From an uncultured Methanomassiliicoccales archaeon (GTDB lineage: Archaea > Thermoplasmatota > Thermoplasmata > Methanomassiliicoccales > UBA472): 64,000 nucleotides of DNA. The notes under the pieces were generated by a model that was not told the DNA's origin, did not search any database, and was given only the letters and a program-made list of their open reading frames with translations. This document shows, piece after piece, positions 40,815-52,506 of the stretch (positions are counted from its first letter, which is position 1; the number at the start of each line of letters is the position of its first letter). The translations under genes and the position numbers were made by a program. The stretch spans positions 128,001 to 192,000 of the forward strand of contig OY968769.1 of assembly GCA_963695345.1 (NCBI GenBank), in the 5' to 3' direction.

Positions 40815-41744
40815 TCATAGCCCTGGGATCTTGGTTTCCTTACCTTCCTCGCCCAGAAGGATCACCCTGCTGTCGTCCTTCCTCTTGATGACCGACATGC
40901 CCATCTCCTCCCCCACCTTCTCCCCGAACTGGATCACATCGCCGATGGAAGGCATGTTGTCCATGGTCATCCGGCGCCGCGAATCGCCCACGAACACGTA
41001 TCCCTTGGGCTCGATGAACAGGGGGTCGGCGATCGCGTCAAGCTTGGCGTACTCCTTCTCCCATCCCAGGTTCCAGTCTTTGACCAGCGTGTGCCTTATG
41101 ACGGTCCTGGTTTTCAGTGATGGGAACAGCTCCAGAGTGCGCATCAGCCTCTTCCATCCATCCTCTATGCGGGGAACGCAGAGCCTCTTGTACAGCTCTT
41201 CGTTGGGCGCCGCCACCGTCACGTACAGCTGGGTCGGCAGCGTGTCCATCTTTTCCAGCACTTCCGGGAAGGTGCCGTTGGTCACCAGGAACGTGGTCAT
41301 GCCCCGGCGTGTGCACAGGGCGATGAAATCGGACAGGTAGGGATACATGGTCGGTTCTCCCGCCAGCGATATCGCCACCTGTTTCGGCTCGCGGCACTCG
41401 TCCCACATCTGCCTGGTGCAACGAGGATCTCCCTTGAACCCGGAGACCAGCTTGCGCTGCTGCTCGATGAGCGTGTCCAGCATCTCCTCCGGTTCCTTCC
41501 ATTCGTGGACCGTGGACTCGAACCCCCGCACCCTCCAGCAGAACAGGCAATTGTGGGTGCAATCGTTCACCGCCGGGGTCATCTGCAGGCAGCGGTGCGA
41601 CTTGATCCCATAGAAATCCTGCTTGTAGCACTGCCGTCCACGCAGCATGCTCTCCTTCATCCAGTGGCAGAGCTTGACCGCCGCATGGCCGCCGTTGGTC
41701 CGGTATCCCTGCTTGTCGAGGATGGACCTGAGGTCGTCCTTCAT
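40815..41744 (-). CDS. taw1: 4-demethylwyosine synthase TYW1 (radical SAM)
   Basis: HAAVKLCHW, CYKQDFYGIKSHRCLQMTP, CTHNCLFCWR, AISLAGEPT. Confidence 0.96.
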   Translation of the reverse strand: MKDDLRSILDKQGYRTNGGHAAVKLCHWMKESMLRGRQCYKQDFYGIKSHRCLQMTPAVNDCTHNCLFCWRVRGFESTVHEWKEPEEMLDTLIEQQRKLVSGFKGDPRCTRQMWDECREPKQVAISLAGEPTMYPYLSDFIALCTRRGMTTFLVTNGTFPEVLEKMDTLPTQLYVTVAAPNEELYKRLCVPRIEDGWKRLMRTLELFPSLKTRTVIRHTLVKDWNLGWEKEYAKLDAIADPLFIEPKGYVFVGDSRRRMTMDNMPSIGDVIQFGEKVGEEMGMSVIKRKDDSRVILLGEEGKETKIPGL

Positions 41745-41746
41745 GC

Positions 41747-43294
41747 TCAGCCCTCGAAATCGAACAGCGATTTCTGTTTGGTCTTCTCTTCCGTCGCCGT
41801 CTCCGCCCTTTCCGGTTCCGGTTCCTTTTTCGGCTCCGCTTTCGGCTCCACCCTCACCGGTTCCGTTTTCGGCTCCGGTGCCCTCTCCGCCGCTTCCAGC
41901 AAAGGCTCGGACTTCTTCCGCCCCTTCTTCTTCTTTTCGGCGGACTTGGGGCGGCTCTCATCCTCCTTGATGGCGCCGGTCGCGTTCCCCTTGATGACGG
42001 TGAGCTCCTGCATCAGTTGCTTCACGGCGGCCGAGTCCACCTTCTGGTCCAGAAGGTACGCCGCCTCCTCCTGCTGCACATCCAGCCGGATGGACATGTT
42101 CAAACGGAACTCCTTGTTTGCCTGGTACAGCGTTTGGAAATAGGGAAGGATGTCGGTCTGGGTCTGGGCCTTGGACGCGTGGCACTCCCGGCCGATCTTC
42201 AGTATGACATCCCCTTCCACCCCGCGGGCGTTCTTGGACGATGCCAGACGCATGATGTTGAACGGGAACCGGTACTGCACCCAGGCATGGTACAGCTTCT
42301 TCTTCGCCAGGGTAACGCCTAATGCCATGTTGTCCGTGGCATACGACCAGAACCCGTAGTACTGGCGGCGGCTCACCCGCCCGAGGAAGATGTCCGCCCG
42401 GGAGAGCCGTTCGAACGCCCTCTCCAGATCGGCGTGGTCCTTGTACTCCAAGGGCACGTTCTCGTCAAGCCATTTGAGAACGAAATCGGGCGCCTCCCCG
42501 ATGTCCATCATCGTGCGCTTTGCCTTCTGGCCGTTGCTGCCGTGGAGGATCTCGCCCATCAGGTCGTACATCGATTTGGTGGACAGCCGGGAATCCATGA
42601 CATTTGCGTCGTCGTCCCCGACGCTGAGCGCCCCCAATGAGACCGCCTGCAGGTCCCGCACCGCCGCCCTCATGTCCCCATTGGCGTTCTCGGCGATGTG
42701 ATCCAGGGCCTTTTCGGATATCTCGACACCCTGATCCTCGGCGATCCGGCGGAGCACCGTCTTCATGGTGTTCGCGTTGATCTTGTTGAATGAAATGGCC
42801 TTGGCCGACTTTATGGCCGAGCTGCGCCGGCTCAGCGCGTACAGATCGTTCACGATGAGAATGACCGGCTGTTTGGTCGTCTGGATCAGCTCCGCGATCG
42901 CCGGTACGCCCCCGTGGTCCTCCCGGCCGAACACGTTGTCCGCCTCGTCCAGTATGATCAGCTTGTGCCTTCCGTCCTTGGTGGAGAGGAACTCCCCGGT
43001 ATCGCTGAACGTCTCCCCGACCGCGCCCCTGATGGCTATCCTTTGGATCGAATCGGCATTCCGGTGGTCGGAAGCGTTCATCTCCACCACTCCCCAGCCC
43101 ATATCCCTCGCCAGCGCCAGCGCGGTGCTGGTCTTTCCGATCCCCGGAGGTCCCTTCAGGACCACCGCTTTGTCCCGCGGCCGCCCCTGTTCCCAGGACA
43201 AGGCCCAGTCCTTCAGCTCCTTGACCGCCTTAGGATTCCCTACCACGTCCTTCAGGCTCTTAGGCCGGTAGAGCTCGGTCCAATCGTCACCCAT
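41747..43294 (-). CDS. rfcL: Replication factor C large subunit
   Basis: WTELYRPKSL, GPPGIGKTS, EMNASD, ILDEAD, charged tail with PIP box QKSLFDF. Confidence 0.96.
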   Translation of the reverse strand: MGDDWTELYRPKSLKDVVGNPKAVKELKDWALSWEQGRPRDKAVVLKGPPGIGKTSTALALARDMGWGVVEMNASDHRNADSIQRIAIRGAVGETFSDTGEFLSTKDGRHKLIILDEADNVFGREDHGGVPAIAELIQTTKQPVILIVNDLYALSRRSSAIKSAKAISFNKINANTMKTVLRRIAEDQGVEISEKALDHIAENANGDMRAAVRDLQAVSLGALSVGDDDANVMDSRLSTKSMYDLMGEILHGSNGQKAKRTMMDIGEAPDFVLKWLDENVPLEYKDHADLERAFERLSRADIFLGRVSRRQYYGFWSYATDNMALGVTLAKKKLYHAWVQYRFPFNIMRLASSKNARGVEGDVILKIGRECHASKAQTQTDILPYFQTLYQANKEFRLNMSIRLDVQQEEAAYLLDQKVDSAAVKQLMQELTVIKGNATGAIKEDESRPKSAEKKKKGRKKSEPLLEAAERAPEPKTEPVRVEPKAEPKKEPEPERAETATEEKTKQKSLFDFEG

Positions 43295-43513
43295 GTCGCC
43301 CCTAGCTATGTAGGAAATGGATTTATAATTAGGCCTAGGCCCGCCCTATTGTCCGGTCCGTCTGAGCTTCCAGGATAGACAAGGACACCTGACATAGTCC
43401 TCAAGGATCATGATCCATACGTCACCGGGCGACCCGGATTTCTCAGTGGCACCTTATTATCAGATCGAACCTTTCACGAAACAACATCTTTAATAATCCC
43501 GGCAAATCAAGAA

Positions 43514-43858
43514 ATGATAAAAATGATCGAATACGGAGATCTCTCAAAGGATGCAAAACAGGTCTTAAAACTGACCATGGTTTATCCACATCTGAGTTCC
43601 AACCTTAAGGCGGTCATGGATATGGGAGAAGGCCCGTCGATGGACGACCCATTCTTCAGGAACGGCCTCACCGAGTTGAGGAACGCGGGACTGATCGACC
43701 TGAATTCCCCGGTTTCCGATGACAGGCTGCTGACCCCCCTGGCCTACCAGATCGTGCCGAAGGAGGTCCTGACGAACACCCTGGATGAGGCGAGAAGGTC
43801 CCTGAAGAAACTGATGGAGGACAACTCCTTCAGCCAGAAAGGAAGATCATTCTACTGA
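43514..43858 (+). CDS. Hypothetical protein (possible winged helix)
   Basis: LTELRNAGLI..LLTPLAY pattern; TTTAATA upstream. Confidence 0.6.
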   Translation: MIKMIEYGDLSKDAKQVLKLTMVYPHLSSNLKAVMDMGEGPSMDDPFFRNGLTELRNAGLIDLNSPVSDDRLLTPLAYQIVPKEVLTNTLDEARRSLKKLMEDNSFSQKGRSFY

Positions 43859-44116
43859 GGATCGGCTAGATGGTGCCGGTGATGGGACCGGCAAAAGAAA
43901 CCCCCTAATTTTTGAACGGGTCGATCCTTTATAGATCAATGATTAATGACCTCTCAGTTCTTCACGTCGTTGATAGACAGTCATGATCGGTGATGAAAAG
44001 GAACCGTTCATTGATCCCTAAAACGTGATCGGAATAGGCTGTTCCTTTCATCGTGAATTGTAGAAAAGTGAGGAAAGGGTTTCTAAGAGGTTGGGACGGC
44101 CAGCTGGCCGGTGGGA

Positions 44117-46591
44117 TCACTGCTTCCACTTGCTCTTCGGCTTGACCCTGCGCATCACCACTATGACCGCCACTGCGATCACCACTACCGCGATCACTCC
44201 GGCGATGACGAGCAGCATCAACGATGAGTCGTCGGTGGAGGCGGTGGAATATGCGTTGATCGAGAACTCCTGGGACATCACCGATGATCCTTCCGAGTTC
44301 ACTGCCACGACCTTATAGAAGAGCGTGTTGGTGTTGCCGACCGTCGTGTCGTTGAACAGCAACGACGTACCGGAGACCTCACCTACATAGGCTTCAGCGC
44401 CGGACGATTCACCGCGGTATATGACATACTTGGTGACGTCCGATCCCCCGTTCGATGTTGGGGATATCCAGGTCAGCCTGACGAAATGGTCTCCCCTGGT
44501 GCCGTTGACATTGGACGGGCTGGTCGGGGTGGTGATCGAGACCGCGTAGAGCAGGTCGCTGGTATTTGCCGCGTAGTAGCTCACGTGGTACCGGTCGTAC
44601 TTGTCCACCGCCATCGATAGGGATGCCCCGATCGGCGCCGTGTCCACGTCCGAGCTCATCCATATCCCGTTGACCTTCCCTATCACCCTCAGGGTCGAAT
44701 CGGACGGCGAGCCCAATGAGATGGCAATCTTCGGATTGCCCTTCGAGTCCAGGTTGATGGATGTGTCGGAAACGATCATGTTGGCCAGGACGATGTCCTT
44801 GGCGGACCAGCCCGATGCCTGGTATGAGCGGTACACCAGCTCGTTCGTGCCCACGATGTAGTAGCTCACGTGGATCTGGTTAGCGGTGTCGATGAGCACG
44901 GACAGCCCGGAAACCACCCGCGGATCGACCACGGAGTTGATCCAGGTGCCATCCTTGTTGGTCACCATTTTCAGACCCTGTGAGGTCGTGTAAACGATGT
45001 AGACCTTGTTGTTCGAGTCCAGGAGGATCGTGGCGTTGGTGTTCATTATGTGGTCGGTGTCACGCGGATTGATGCTCTTGCTGTCGTTCACGTATTCCGC
45101 GACGATCAGGTTCTGGCTGGAATCATCGCGGTATGCGATGAACAGCGTCCCATTGCCCCCGACGACGATGGAGCTGACGGAACCGAACTCTCCGGTGTCG
45201 ACGGTGCTCAATACCCAGTTACCGTTGGCGTTCGTGGCGTACTTGAGCTGGTTCGCGCTGTTGTTGTAGAAGCTGACATAGACCTTGCCGCTCTGGCTCA
45301 GGGCGAGAGCTGGTTGGATTGCGTGGTTGGATATCAGCGCGTCCTGCCATCCGCCGTTGGCGTTGGTCACATAGAACAGTTTGGTGTCATTCGGATCGGT
45401 CCTGTCGGTGTACACGATATGGGTGTTGCCGGCACTGTCCATCGCCATGACGTTCTGTGAGCCTACGTCCCCGACGGTCTCCAGCACGTTCAGCGCCCAG
45501 TTCGAACCGCTCGATGTCACATACATCAGGTGGCTGGAGGCGCTCATATAGGCCACGTGGACCTTGTTGTACGAATCCATGTCAATCGAGCATACGCCGT
45601 TGGAGTATACCGACGAATCGACGACATAGGTCGTCCATGCGCCCGCCGCATATTTGGCGTACTTCAGGGTGGCGTTGGCCTTGTCATAGTATGCCAGGTT
45701 CATATCGAGGTTCGAGTCCATGGTGATAGCCGAATAGGGCGCTCCGATCACCGCATCGACGTCGACCGGGGCAGACCAGGAACCGGCGCTGCCTTCGATG
45801 CTCTTCAACAGTTGGTGCGTCTGGTCATAGTAGACCACCATGACCTTGCCCGATACATTGTTCATCGAGAGGGCGGTGAATGGCGCCACCAGTCCGGTAC
45901 CGGCTATCTGCTCGTTTCCCCAGATGCCGTTGGCGTTGGAGGCGAATCTCAATTGCGAGTTAACGCTCTCGTAGTAGCTGACGTAGTTCTTTCCATTGTT
46001 GTCCACACCTATCGAGATCCCCTGACCGGAAATCCCCGTGCTGTCGATGACAATGGGTGCGCTCCAGATGCCAGCGACCCTTTCCGCGTACATGACCTTC
46101 TGACCGTTCGAGTCCTGGTAGGCCATATGGACGTTTCCGAGGGGTTCGACGGCCAATGAGACATACTTGCCACCGGAGTCAACAATGGTCGGAGAAGACC
46201 AGGAACCGCTTGTCTTGAAAATGTAGTTGAGCTTATTGTTGGCGCTGTCATAGTATGCCAGATGGATCGTTCCGCTTGAGTCGGACGCTATCGAGCTGTA
46301 CATACCGTTGTTTGCTCCAGCTATCTGAGTGGTCTTCCAGGACCCATCAGCATTGGTGGCGTACATTAGCACAGACAGGCTTGAATCGAAATAACTTATG
46401 TGAATGAATCCCGAGGGATCAACCGTCTCGGAAAGCCATTGCTGAGTTGTGCTCTTGTTGTCTATCGTTCCCTTTTGCCATGAAACATCTGGCAATTGGG
46501 CCACAGCTGCTTGTGCCGGCGCGACCAGGACGAACCCGAACAGAATCGGGAGCATCATGATTGCCACTACGGCTGCTATCTTTGCCTTCAT
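44117..46591 (-). CDS. Cell-surface beta-propeller repeat protein with FN3 domain and C-terminal TM anchor
   Basis: Signal peptide; ~14 repeats of S(I/L)AxDxxG..H(I/V)xY..L.Y.T...G.W; FN3; TM followed by RRVKPK. Confidence 0.88.
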   Translation of the reverse strand: MKAKIAAVVAIMMLPILFGFVLVAPAQAAVAQLPDVSWQKGTIDNKSTTQQWLSETVDPSGFIHISYFDSSLSVLMYATNADGSWKTTQIAGANNGMYSSIASDSSGTIHLAYYDSANNKLNYIFKTSGSWSSPTIVDSGGKYVSLAVEPLGNVHMAYQDSNGQKVMYAERVAGIWSAPIVIDSTGISGQGISIGVDNNGKNYVSYYESVNSQLRFASNANGIWGNEQIAGTGLVAPFTALSMNNVSGKVMVVYYDQTHQLLKSIEGSAGSWSAPVDVDAVIGAPYSAITMDSNLDMNLAYYDKANATLKYAKYAAGAWTTYVVDSSVYSNGVCSIDMDSYNKVHVAYMSASSHLMYVTSSGSNWALNVLETVGDVGSQNVMAMDSAGNTHIVYTDRTDPNDTKLFYVTNANGGWQDALISNHAIQPALALSQSGKVYVSFYNNSANQLKYATNANGNWVLSTVDTGEFGSVSSIVVGGNGTLFIAYRDDSSQNLIVAEYVNDSKSINPRDTDHIMNTNATILLDSNNKVYIVYTTSQGLKMVTNKDGTWINSVVDPRVVSGLSVLIDTANQIHVSYYIVGTNELVYRSYQASGWSAKDIVLANMIVSDTSINLDSKGNPKIAISLGSPSDSTLRVIGKVNGIWMSSDVDTAPIGASLSMAVDKYDRYHVSYYAANTSDLLYAVSITTPTSPSNVNGTRGDHFVRLTWISPTSNGGSDVTKYVIYRGESSGAEAYVGEVSGTSLLFNDTTVGNTNTLFYKVVAVNSEGSSVMSQEFSINAYSTASTDDSSLMLLVIAGVIAVVVIAVAVIVVMRRVKPKSKWKQ

Positions 46592-47024
46592 TTTCGTATC
46601 CCATCCCCTTCGCACCTTAGGTGCAGATCTAGGTCAATAAATAACACTATGGATATTTATATTGTGGCTCGCCTTTTGTGGACGATTCCTGGAATATGAT
46701 GGCGAAGTATCGGCCAGCAATATGAATTTGTGCAGTGGACTTTATCGTATTTCCTAATCGGAAAAAGTCATGAGACAGGGGAATGGACGCAGGATTTGAA
46801 TATGATCGGTTAGATCGGTCGATGGCTTTCTGATCGGGGTCCGTCAATCTCTGCGGTCAATGATGCAATGCAGACATCAATGACCGGTCTAGACCCTGAT
46901 TGTCAATTTATTACATCAACATTGTTAACAAAACTCAAGAGCTGGCCCTGACCGAAACATTGAACATCATCGAAATCTAATTGAAATTGACGCATGAAAG
47001 ACCGGTTCAATCCGTTCACAAAAC

Positions 47025-47699
47025 ATGTCGCCACTGAGAAGGATCTCATTGTTGGCGGACGTGCTCAATATCCTTACCTTTGTCTCGATGCCATCCTTCA
47101 TTCTGTACGACCAGGTGAGGGGTGCGGATTACATCCTGGGGACGGGCCCTGATGCGGCCGCCACCTTAGGCGGTATTCTGGAAATCATCGTAGCCCTCGC
47201 AGGCATAGGAACCGCCGTGGTGCTGTTTCTGATGCTCAGGAAGCAGAATGAAACTCTCGCGCTCGGACTCGTCGGCTCACGGATTTTGGAAGCCGGCACC
47301 ATCTTTGTCGGTGTCGCGTTCATCCTATCGATAGTCAGTCTGCGGCAACCGGGGCGGGATCAGATGCGCTGACCATCAGCAAGATGCTGTTCACGCTTTA
47401 TGACCGCATATTCCTACTCGGACAAAGCTTCATCCCGGCGATAAACGACCTGTTATTGGGATTCTTGTTGTACAAATCGCGGCTGGTGCCGCGAGCCCTT
47501 TCCCTGATCGGGATCGTCGGAGCGGGACCCCTTGTCTTTGCCTACCTTGCCATCATGTTCGGCCTCATCGGACAACACGATTCCTCGATCGGGTTAGGCG
47601 CGCTGCTTGTTCGCGGTATTTGAATTTACCCTGGGTGTCTGGCTCATCGTCAAAGGTTTCGATCCCAAGGCCGTCGCGAAATTGGAGTCTGAAGGATGA
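47025..47699 (+). pseudogene. DUF4386-like membrane protein split by two frameshifts
   Basis: LEIIVALAGIGTAV..SRILEA / LLYKSRLVPR / FEFTLGVWLIVKGF in successive frames. Confidence 0.7.
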
Positions 47700-48649
47700 T
47701 GCCGTACTGAGTTGGAATGGGTTGCATATAGGGCGAAGCGTACCAACGGGCTGGTTTGGTCATATGAATACCAGAGCAACTATGTCAGTTCCTTATCAGG
47801 AATATGACCAATTTAAATCAGACGAGCTTTGACCGAGAATTCAAGAATCATGAGCGGACAGATCAATTACGCACAACCATTGGAGAAGGAGGCAAATGCC
47901 CGGACCTTTTCAGAATCAGGATGATTGGCAAATAGTATGAGAAATCGGATTTGGTAATGGTTTGAATTCAATTCAAACGATGACGAGATGAAATCGATTG
48001 TCTTTCAGTTTGTTTGCCAATTCGCTCGGCATATCATGGTTTTATCGACTAATTTTGCATCGATGTAACCATTAATTATTAAGTTCAGACCTAAACAATA
48101 ATCGTGTGTTGAAAATGTCCCGAATCGATCTTGATCGAGCCTTGATCATGGAGTCGCCAATGCCGTCCTTGAAAATTGCTCGAAATCCGACTTATAAATA
48201 GTTTATTTTTTATTAATAATATTACAATATAACAATTACATTTTATTATATTTATATAGTAACTATTTTCTTATTATAGATAATTTAATAGAAATATGAT
48301 CTAAAACGAATTGGGAAACATTTATTAGTGATTGAACTGTAGAAAAGAAAAAGTAATCATGTCCATTGCTTGGATTGCAGAAGCATATCGAATTGTAATC
48401 AATGTTAAACAGCAATTGAATCTCATGAATACCATTAGAATCTCAATCATTAATGTGTAAAATATTCCCAAAAAAGTATCCAATATTCTATATTTATAAC
48501 AATGAATTTATTGATTATTGATATTAATATATTATTATCTATATTTACATATTCCATGATTATACACTGCAACAATTCTCTGAATGGTCAGCAGGAGGAC
48601 AAGATTCGACTTACTGAAATTCTATATTAGAGGTCCGTTATCCTAGGGC

Positions 48650-49291
48650 GTGCATCTCAGCATAGCTTGCGATTTCGACGGGACAATTACTACCGTAGAT
48701 ACGGCCGAGTTAACCCTTAGAAAATTCGCTGCCGGAAAATGGGAAGTTTTCGATGCCCTTCTTGAAGAAGGGAAAATATCCCTCGAAGAATGCATGGTAG
48801 AACAGTTCAAACAGATCAAGGCCCCGAAAGAGGACATCATAAGAGTTCTCGACGCTGCGGTTGGACTTAGACCAGGCATTGAAAACTTGATCGAGTTCTG
48901 CAAGAACAAAGAGATCGAGTTCACAATTCTAAGCGCAGGCCTTGACTTCTACATCGACCATATCATCACGAAATACCGATGGGATCAGGTCAGAAGGGTG
49001 TCCGGCAAGACAAACATGGAAGACGGGATAGTTGTGGAATTCCCAAAACATCATTTTTCCGATTCCAGGACCTTCAAGGAAGATTTCGTCCGGGTCCAGA
49101 AAGAAATGTCCAAGGATGTATGGTATCTTGGAGACGGGACGTCCGATCGGGAAGGGGCGATTGCCGCCGATATGGTTTTCACAGTCACCGGTTCTCGACT
49201 GTCTGAGATAATGAAAGCGAAGGGGAAGATCCATCGGGATTTCCAGGATTTCTTCGAAGTCCTCACATTACTGAAGAATTCCCTGGCGTAG
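48650..49291 (+). CDS. HAD-IB phosphatase, MtnX-like
   Basis: CDFDGTITTVDT, LSAGLDFYI, K, YLGDGTSD. Confidence 0.88.
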   Translation: MHLSIACDFDGTITTVDTAELTLRKFAAGKWEVFDALLEEGKISLEECMVEQFKQIKAPKEDIIRVLDAAVGLRPGIENLIEFCKNKEIEFTILSAGLDFYIDHIITKYRWDQVRRVSGKTNMEDGIVVEFPKHHFSDSRTFKEDFVRVQKEMSKDVWYLGDGTSDREGAIAADMVFTVTGSRLSEIMKAKGKIHRDFQDFFEVLTLLKNSLA

Positions 49292-49590
49292 AGTGGAACT
49301 TTCCTTCTTCATCCCATAATGGCCTAAATGTTCCTTCATGGATGACTCAGGTCCTTCGAATGTACATATTGATGAAAATTGTGAAATAGTTTAGCATGTA
49401 TTGATAATTAACAAATTATTATAGCTACAATCTAAACCGTTCTCATCCCAATTTTAATAGCTTAAGATAAATCATCTCTCCCAGGTTCATCTTTCTATCC
49501 TACGACTGAGGACTCTTCGTTTTCGAGAATGTAAGTTTGGCGAATCCTATTATCATATCCCGCAGCATTGATTGATAAGGCGAACATCCT

Positions 49591-50983
49591 TTGAGAACTG
49601 GAATCAAAGACGAGAAGCTTATTCTTGTTTCATCCATGGTGGTAATTGTCGTAGTCCTTTCTGCATTCGGCTATGGATGGATATCTCGTGAGGAGTCCAG
49701 GACCGGAGGTATGGGCGAGAAATGGCATGTGGCAGTCTCTGATACATACCAACCGGACTTGGATATCATAAGACCGGATGGGTCAATGCTTTTCACCGAT
49801 ACCGAACATCACCTGATATCACTGGTCGATCAAAATGGTGTAGCCATATGGACCCATTATTATGGATCAGAGCTGATCTACCGACAGGTTGTGGGCAACG
49901 ACATCTACCTGATCGATGTTGCGAAAAATGGCAATTACTCCTTGGAATGCATCGACCTGAACGGCGTTTGGAAATCCTCGACGCCTTGCCCGGCGGTCTT
50001 TGGTTTTGTTCCCGGAGACGACGGCGCAATCTACGCCTACGGTTATGAAAACGGCAATTCCTCTATATACAATATAGAAGGAGGATCGATCAAATGGATC
50101 TTCACTCTGAACGGATCGTTGGGTGTCTACAAGGTGTGGAATGATGGAAATGTCCTACTGAAACACATTCACTATGATTCAGACTACGTCATCAATTCGT
50201 TAAGAATTGGCTATGACGTGGATGAGGCGATATTAATTTCCCCGGAGGGCGTTGCCCAATGGACCGTGCAATTTCCCACGGAGCACGGATTCTACGGTTC
50301 ATCCGATGCCCATGTCGCGGACAACGGAACGATCTCATGGCTTACCAGTATGATGGGATGAGACAGACCCGGGGATACTCGCTGGTTGGTGAACTGCTCT
50401 GGACCATCGAATGAGACGATCAACCTGTCATCTCCTGAGGAAGCCCACTATGGATGCCAATCCATGGGCGGCGATAGTCGACATGAGTATATCGAAAGGA
50501 TCTACAAGGCGGATCAGGCCAATCCCTCCAACAACTGGGAAATATTGTTGAATGACACCATGGGTGGTTCGATCTATAATCTGGAAGGGATCGAGGTATT
50601 CTTGTCGAACGATGGCCAGGCGTTTGGTATCGACCCGAACGGTACACTGCTCTGGCATATCACCACAATGGTGAGTAGACACCCCTCAGTGCTCTGTCGA
50701 CCCAGAACAGGGTTTGCTGGTACGATCGGATAGCCTGGTCACGAAGATCGGCTTGGATGGATCATACTGGACCTACGATGGGCTGGACTCATCCGTCAAG
50801 GATGTGAGGTTCGGGCCGAACAGCACTGTATATGTATTGACCGATGACAAAATGGTCGTTCTTTATAGACCGACCGTGTCCACCCCGACCCAATACCTGA
50901 TCGTTATGCTATCTGTGGACATGCTGATAGTCCTGAGCTCGGGTGTGTGGATAGCAGATCGGATGATGAAGAAGCCGTATTAA
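49591..50983 (+). CDS. Membrane-anchored PQQ-like beta-propeller protein (split by frameshifts)
   Basis: N-terminal TM; xDxNG...W repeats across three consecutive ORFs; C-terminal TM. Confidence 0.6.
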
Positions 50984-51000
50984 AAATGCGAATCCCAGTG

Positions 51001-51020
51001 CCTGCCCTTGGGAGGGCAGG
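51001..51020. terminator. GC-rich hairpin between convergent genes
   Basis: CCTGCCCT-TGGG-AGGGCAGG, a perfect 8-bp stem. Confidence 0.45.
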
Positions 51021-51033
51021 TGGGGGGTTCGGG

Positions 51034-51189
51034 TTATTTCTGTTCAGTTGTATTCGATTGGGCCGATTCGTATAGATCGGACAGTTCGTTGAGGAACTGA
51101 TCGTATGTCTTCCGGAACTTCAGTTTGTAGAGCCGGTCCCGTGTCGCAGGTGTCACCTGTATGCTGGTTTTCTTCTCCTCTTCGTCCAT
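51034..51189 (-). CDS. Small ribbon-helix-helix/antitoxin-like DNA-binding protein
   Basis: KKTSIQVTPATRDRLYKLK..TYDQFLNEL; GGAGG RBS (start 51198 or 51189). Confidence 0.7.
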   Translation of the reverse strand: MDEEEKKTSIQVTPATRDRLYKLKFRKTYDQFLNELSDLYESAQSNTTEQK

Positions 51190-51639
51190 GTTGATCATTT
51201 GCCTCCGAACGAAGAGTCCCATCCCTTCGATTAGCTAACCCCGCCATAGCGCCTATAGCACTATGTAATTTGAATGACACTATAAAACAATGCCTGTTAA
51301 ATTTCCATATATTGTATATCAGACCATATGCGACAATTGAAATGATGGTCCAATTGTCCCGTACAATGCCGATGATATTGTGGAGAACGATAGTTTGTTG
51401 TGCAGAATTGCGTAAAATAGTGAACAACGGTCTCCCGAATGTCTACTTGTTAGGCAGGCTTTTCGCACGAAAAGCCCAGGATTTTCGTGCACGGGAGCTC
51501 GAAGAGCGAATTGTTCAATTTAACGGCGTTAAGAGCATTTTCCCTAGACCGCTCTCGATCAACCTATCGAGCGATCTTGGCATTGAATGATATGGTGTTA
51601 GCACTGTACATGGTCCTTTCGATTGATAGACATTGTCTA

Positions 51640-52456
51640 TCACGGAGCCGGACTTCTTCCCTGTTCCTCGAGATCGCGCAGGTACTTCAAGCGCCGGGCG
51701 ATGTAGGGTCCGCTTTCCTTTCCGAACGGAACGTACTCGGAGACGAGCAGGTTGTTCTGCGCAAAGGCTAGCTTCGTCCGGTCCGCTAGACCCTTTGAGG
51801 AAACTGAACTCGGTCCTGCACGGATCGACCACCCCGGAGAGCTCCATCCAATCGAGCAACTCCGAGTCGTGCGTCGCTACGCAATAGGGTTTGGCCAAGA
51901 AAGTGAGGGCTTGGGTCAGCAATTTGTAGCTTTCGCCGATCATGTGCCTATCGGCGGTATCGCCGAGGTAGGCGCCCTTGACCAGTCGGAAACGTATGTT
52001 CTCGAGGCTGGACAATTCATCGAGGTCGTCCAATGTCCTCTTAAGATATGCTTGAAGTGCCAGTGTGACAGGCATGCCGGCGGCGGCACAGGCTTTGGTG
52101 ATTGAGATGGTTAGGTCAACGCTCTGTTTCCCTTCCATGTCGATCTCGAACCCGACCGCCTTGTCAAGGGCCGCCCTGGCCAGGTCCATGGTGTTCTTTT
52201 TACACAGATCCTCATCGAACATCCCACCGAGGGCGCTGAGCTTGATCGAGATCGATGCGTTGAGCTTGTTCTGGTGTGATCTGGCCTATGCATTCCAGAT
52301 AGGCTGCCTTGGCAGAATCGGATCCATCTTTTGTGGTGGCGAACTCTCCCAGCACGTCTATGATGCATCTTATTCCCTGGGAATTCCGGGCCCGGCACCA
52401 TTCCAGTGTCGTCGCCCAATCGGGGAGGGTCCAGCGGTCAGGTTTCCGACGTCCAT
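51640..52456 (-). CDS. Monofunctional proline dehydrogenase family protein (several frameshifts)
   Basis: IIDVLGE, ISIKLSALG, IDME, LQAYLKRT, RLVKGAY, VATHD and YVPFG..YIARRL across frames. Confidence 0.8.
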
Positions 52457-52506
52457 GCAGTAGGTAGCGAAATCATGCCAATAAATAGGTATCATACGTC
52501 GAGCCG

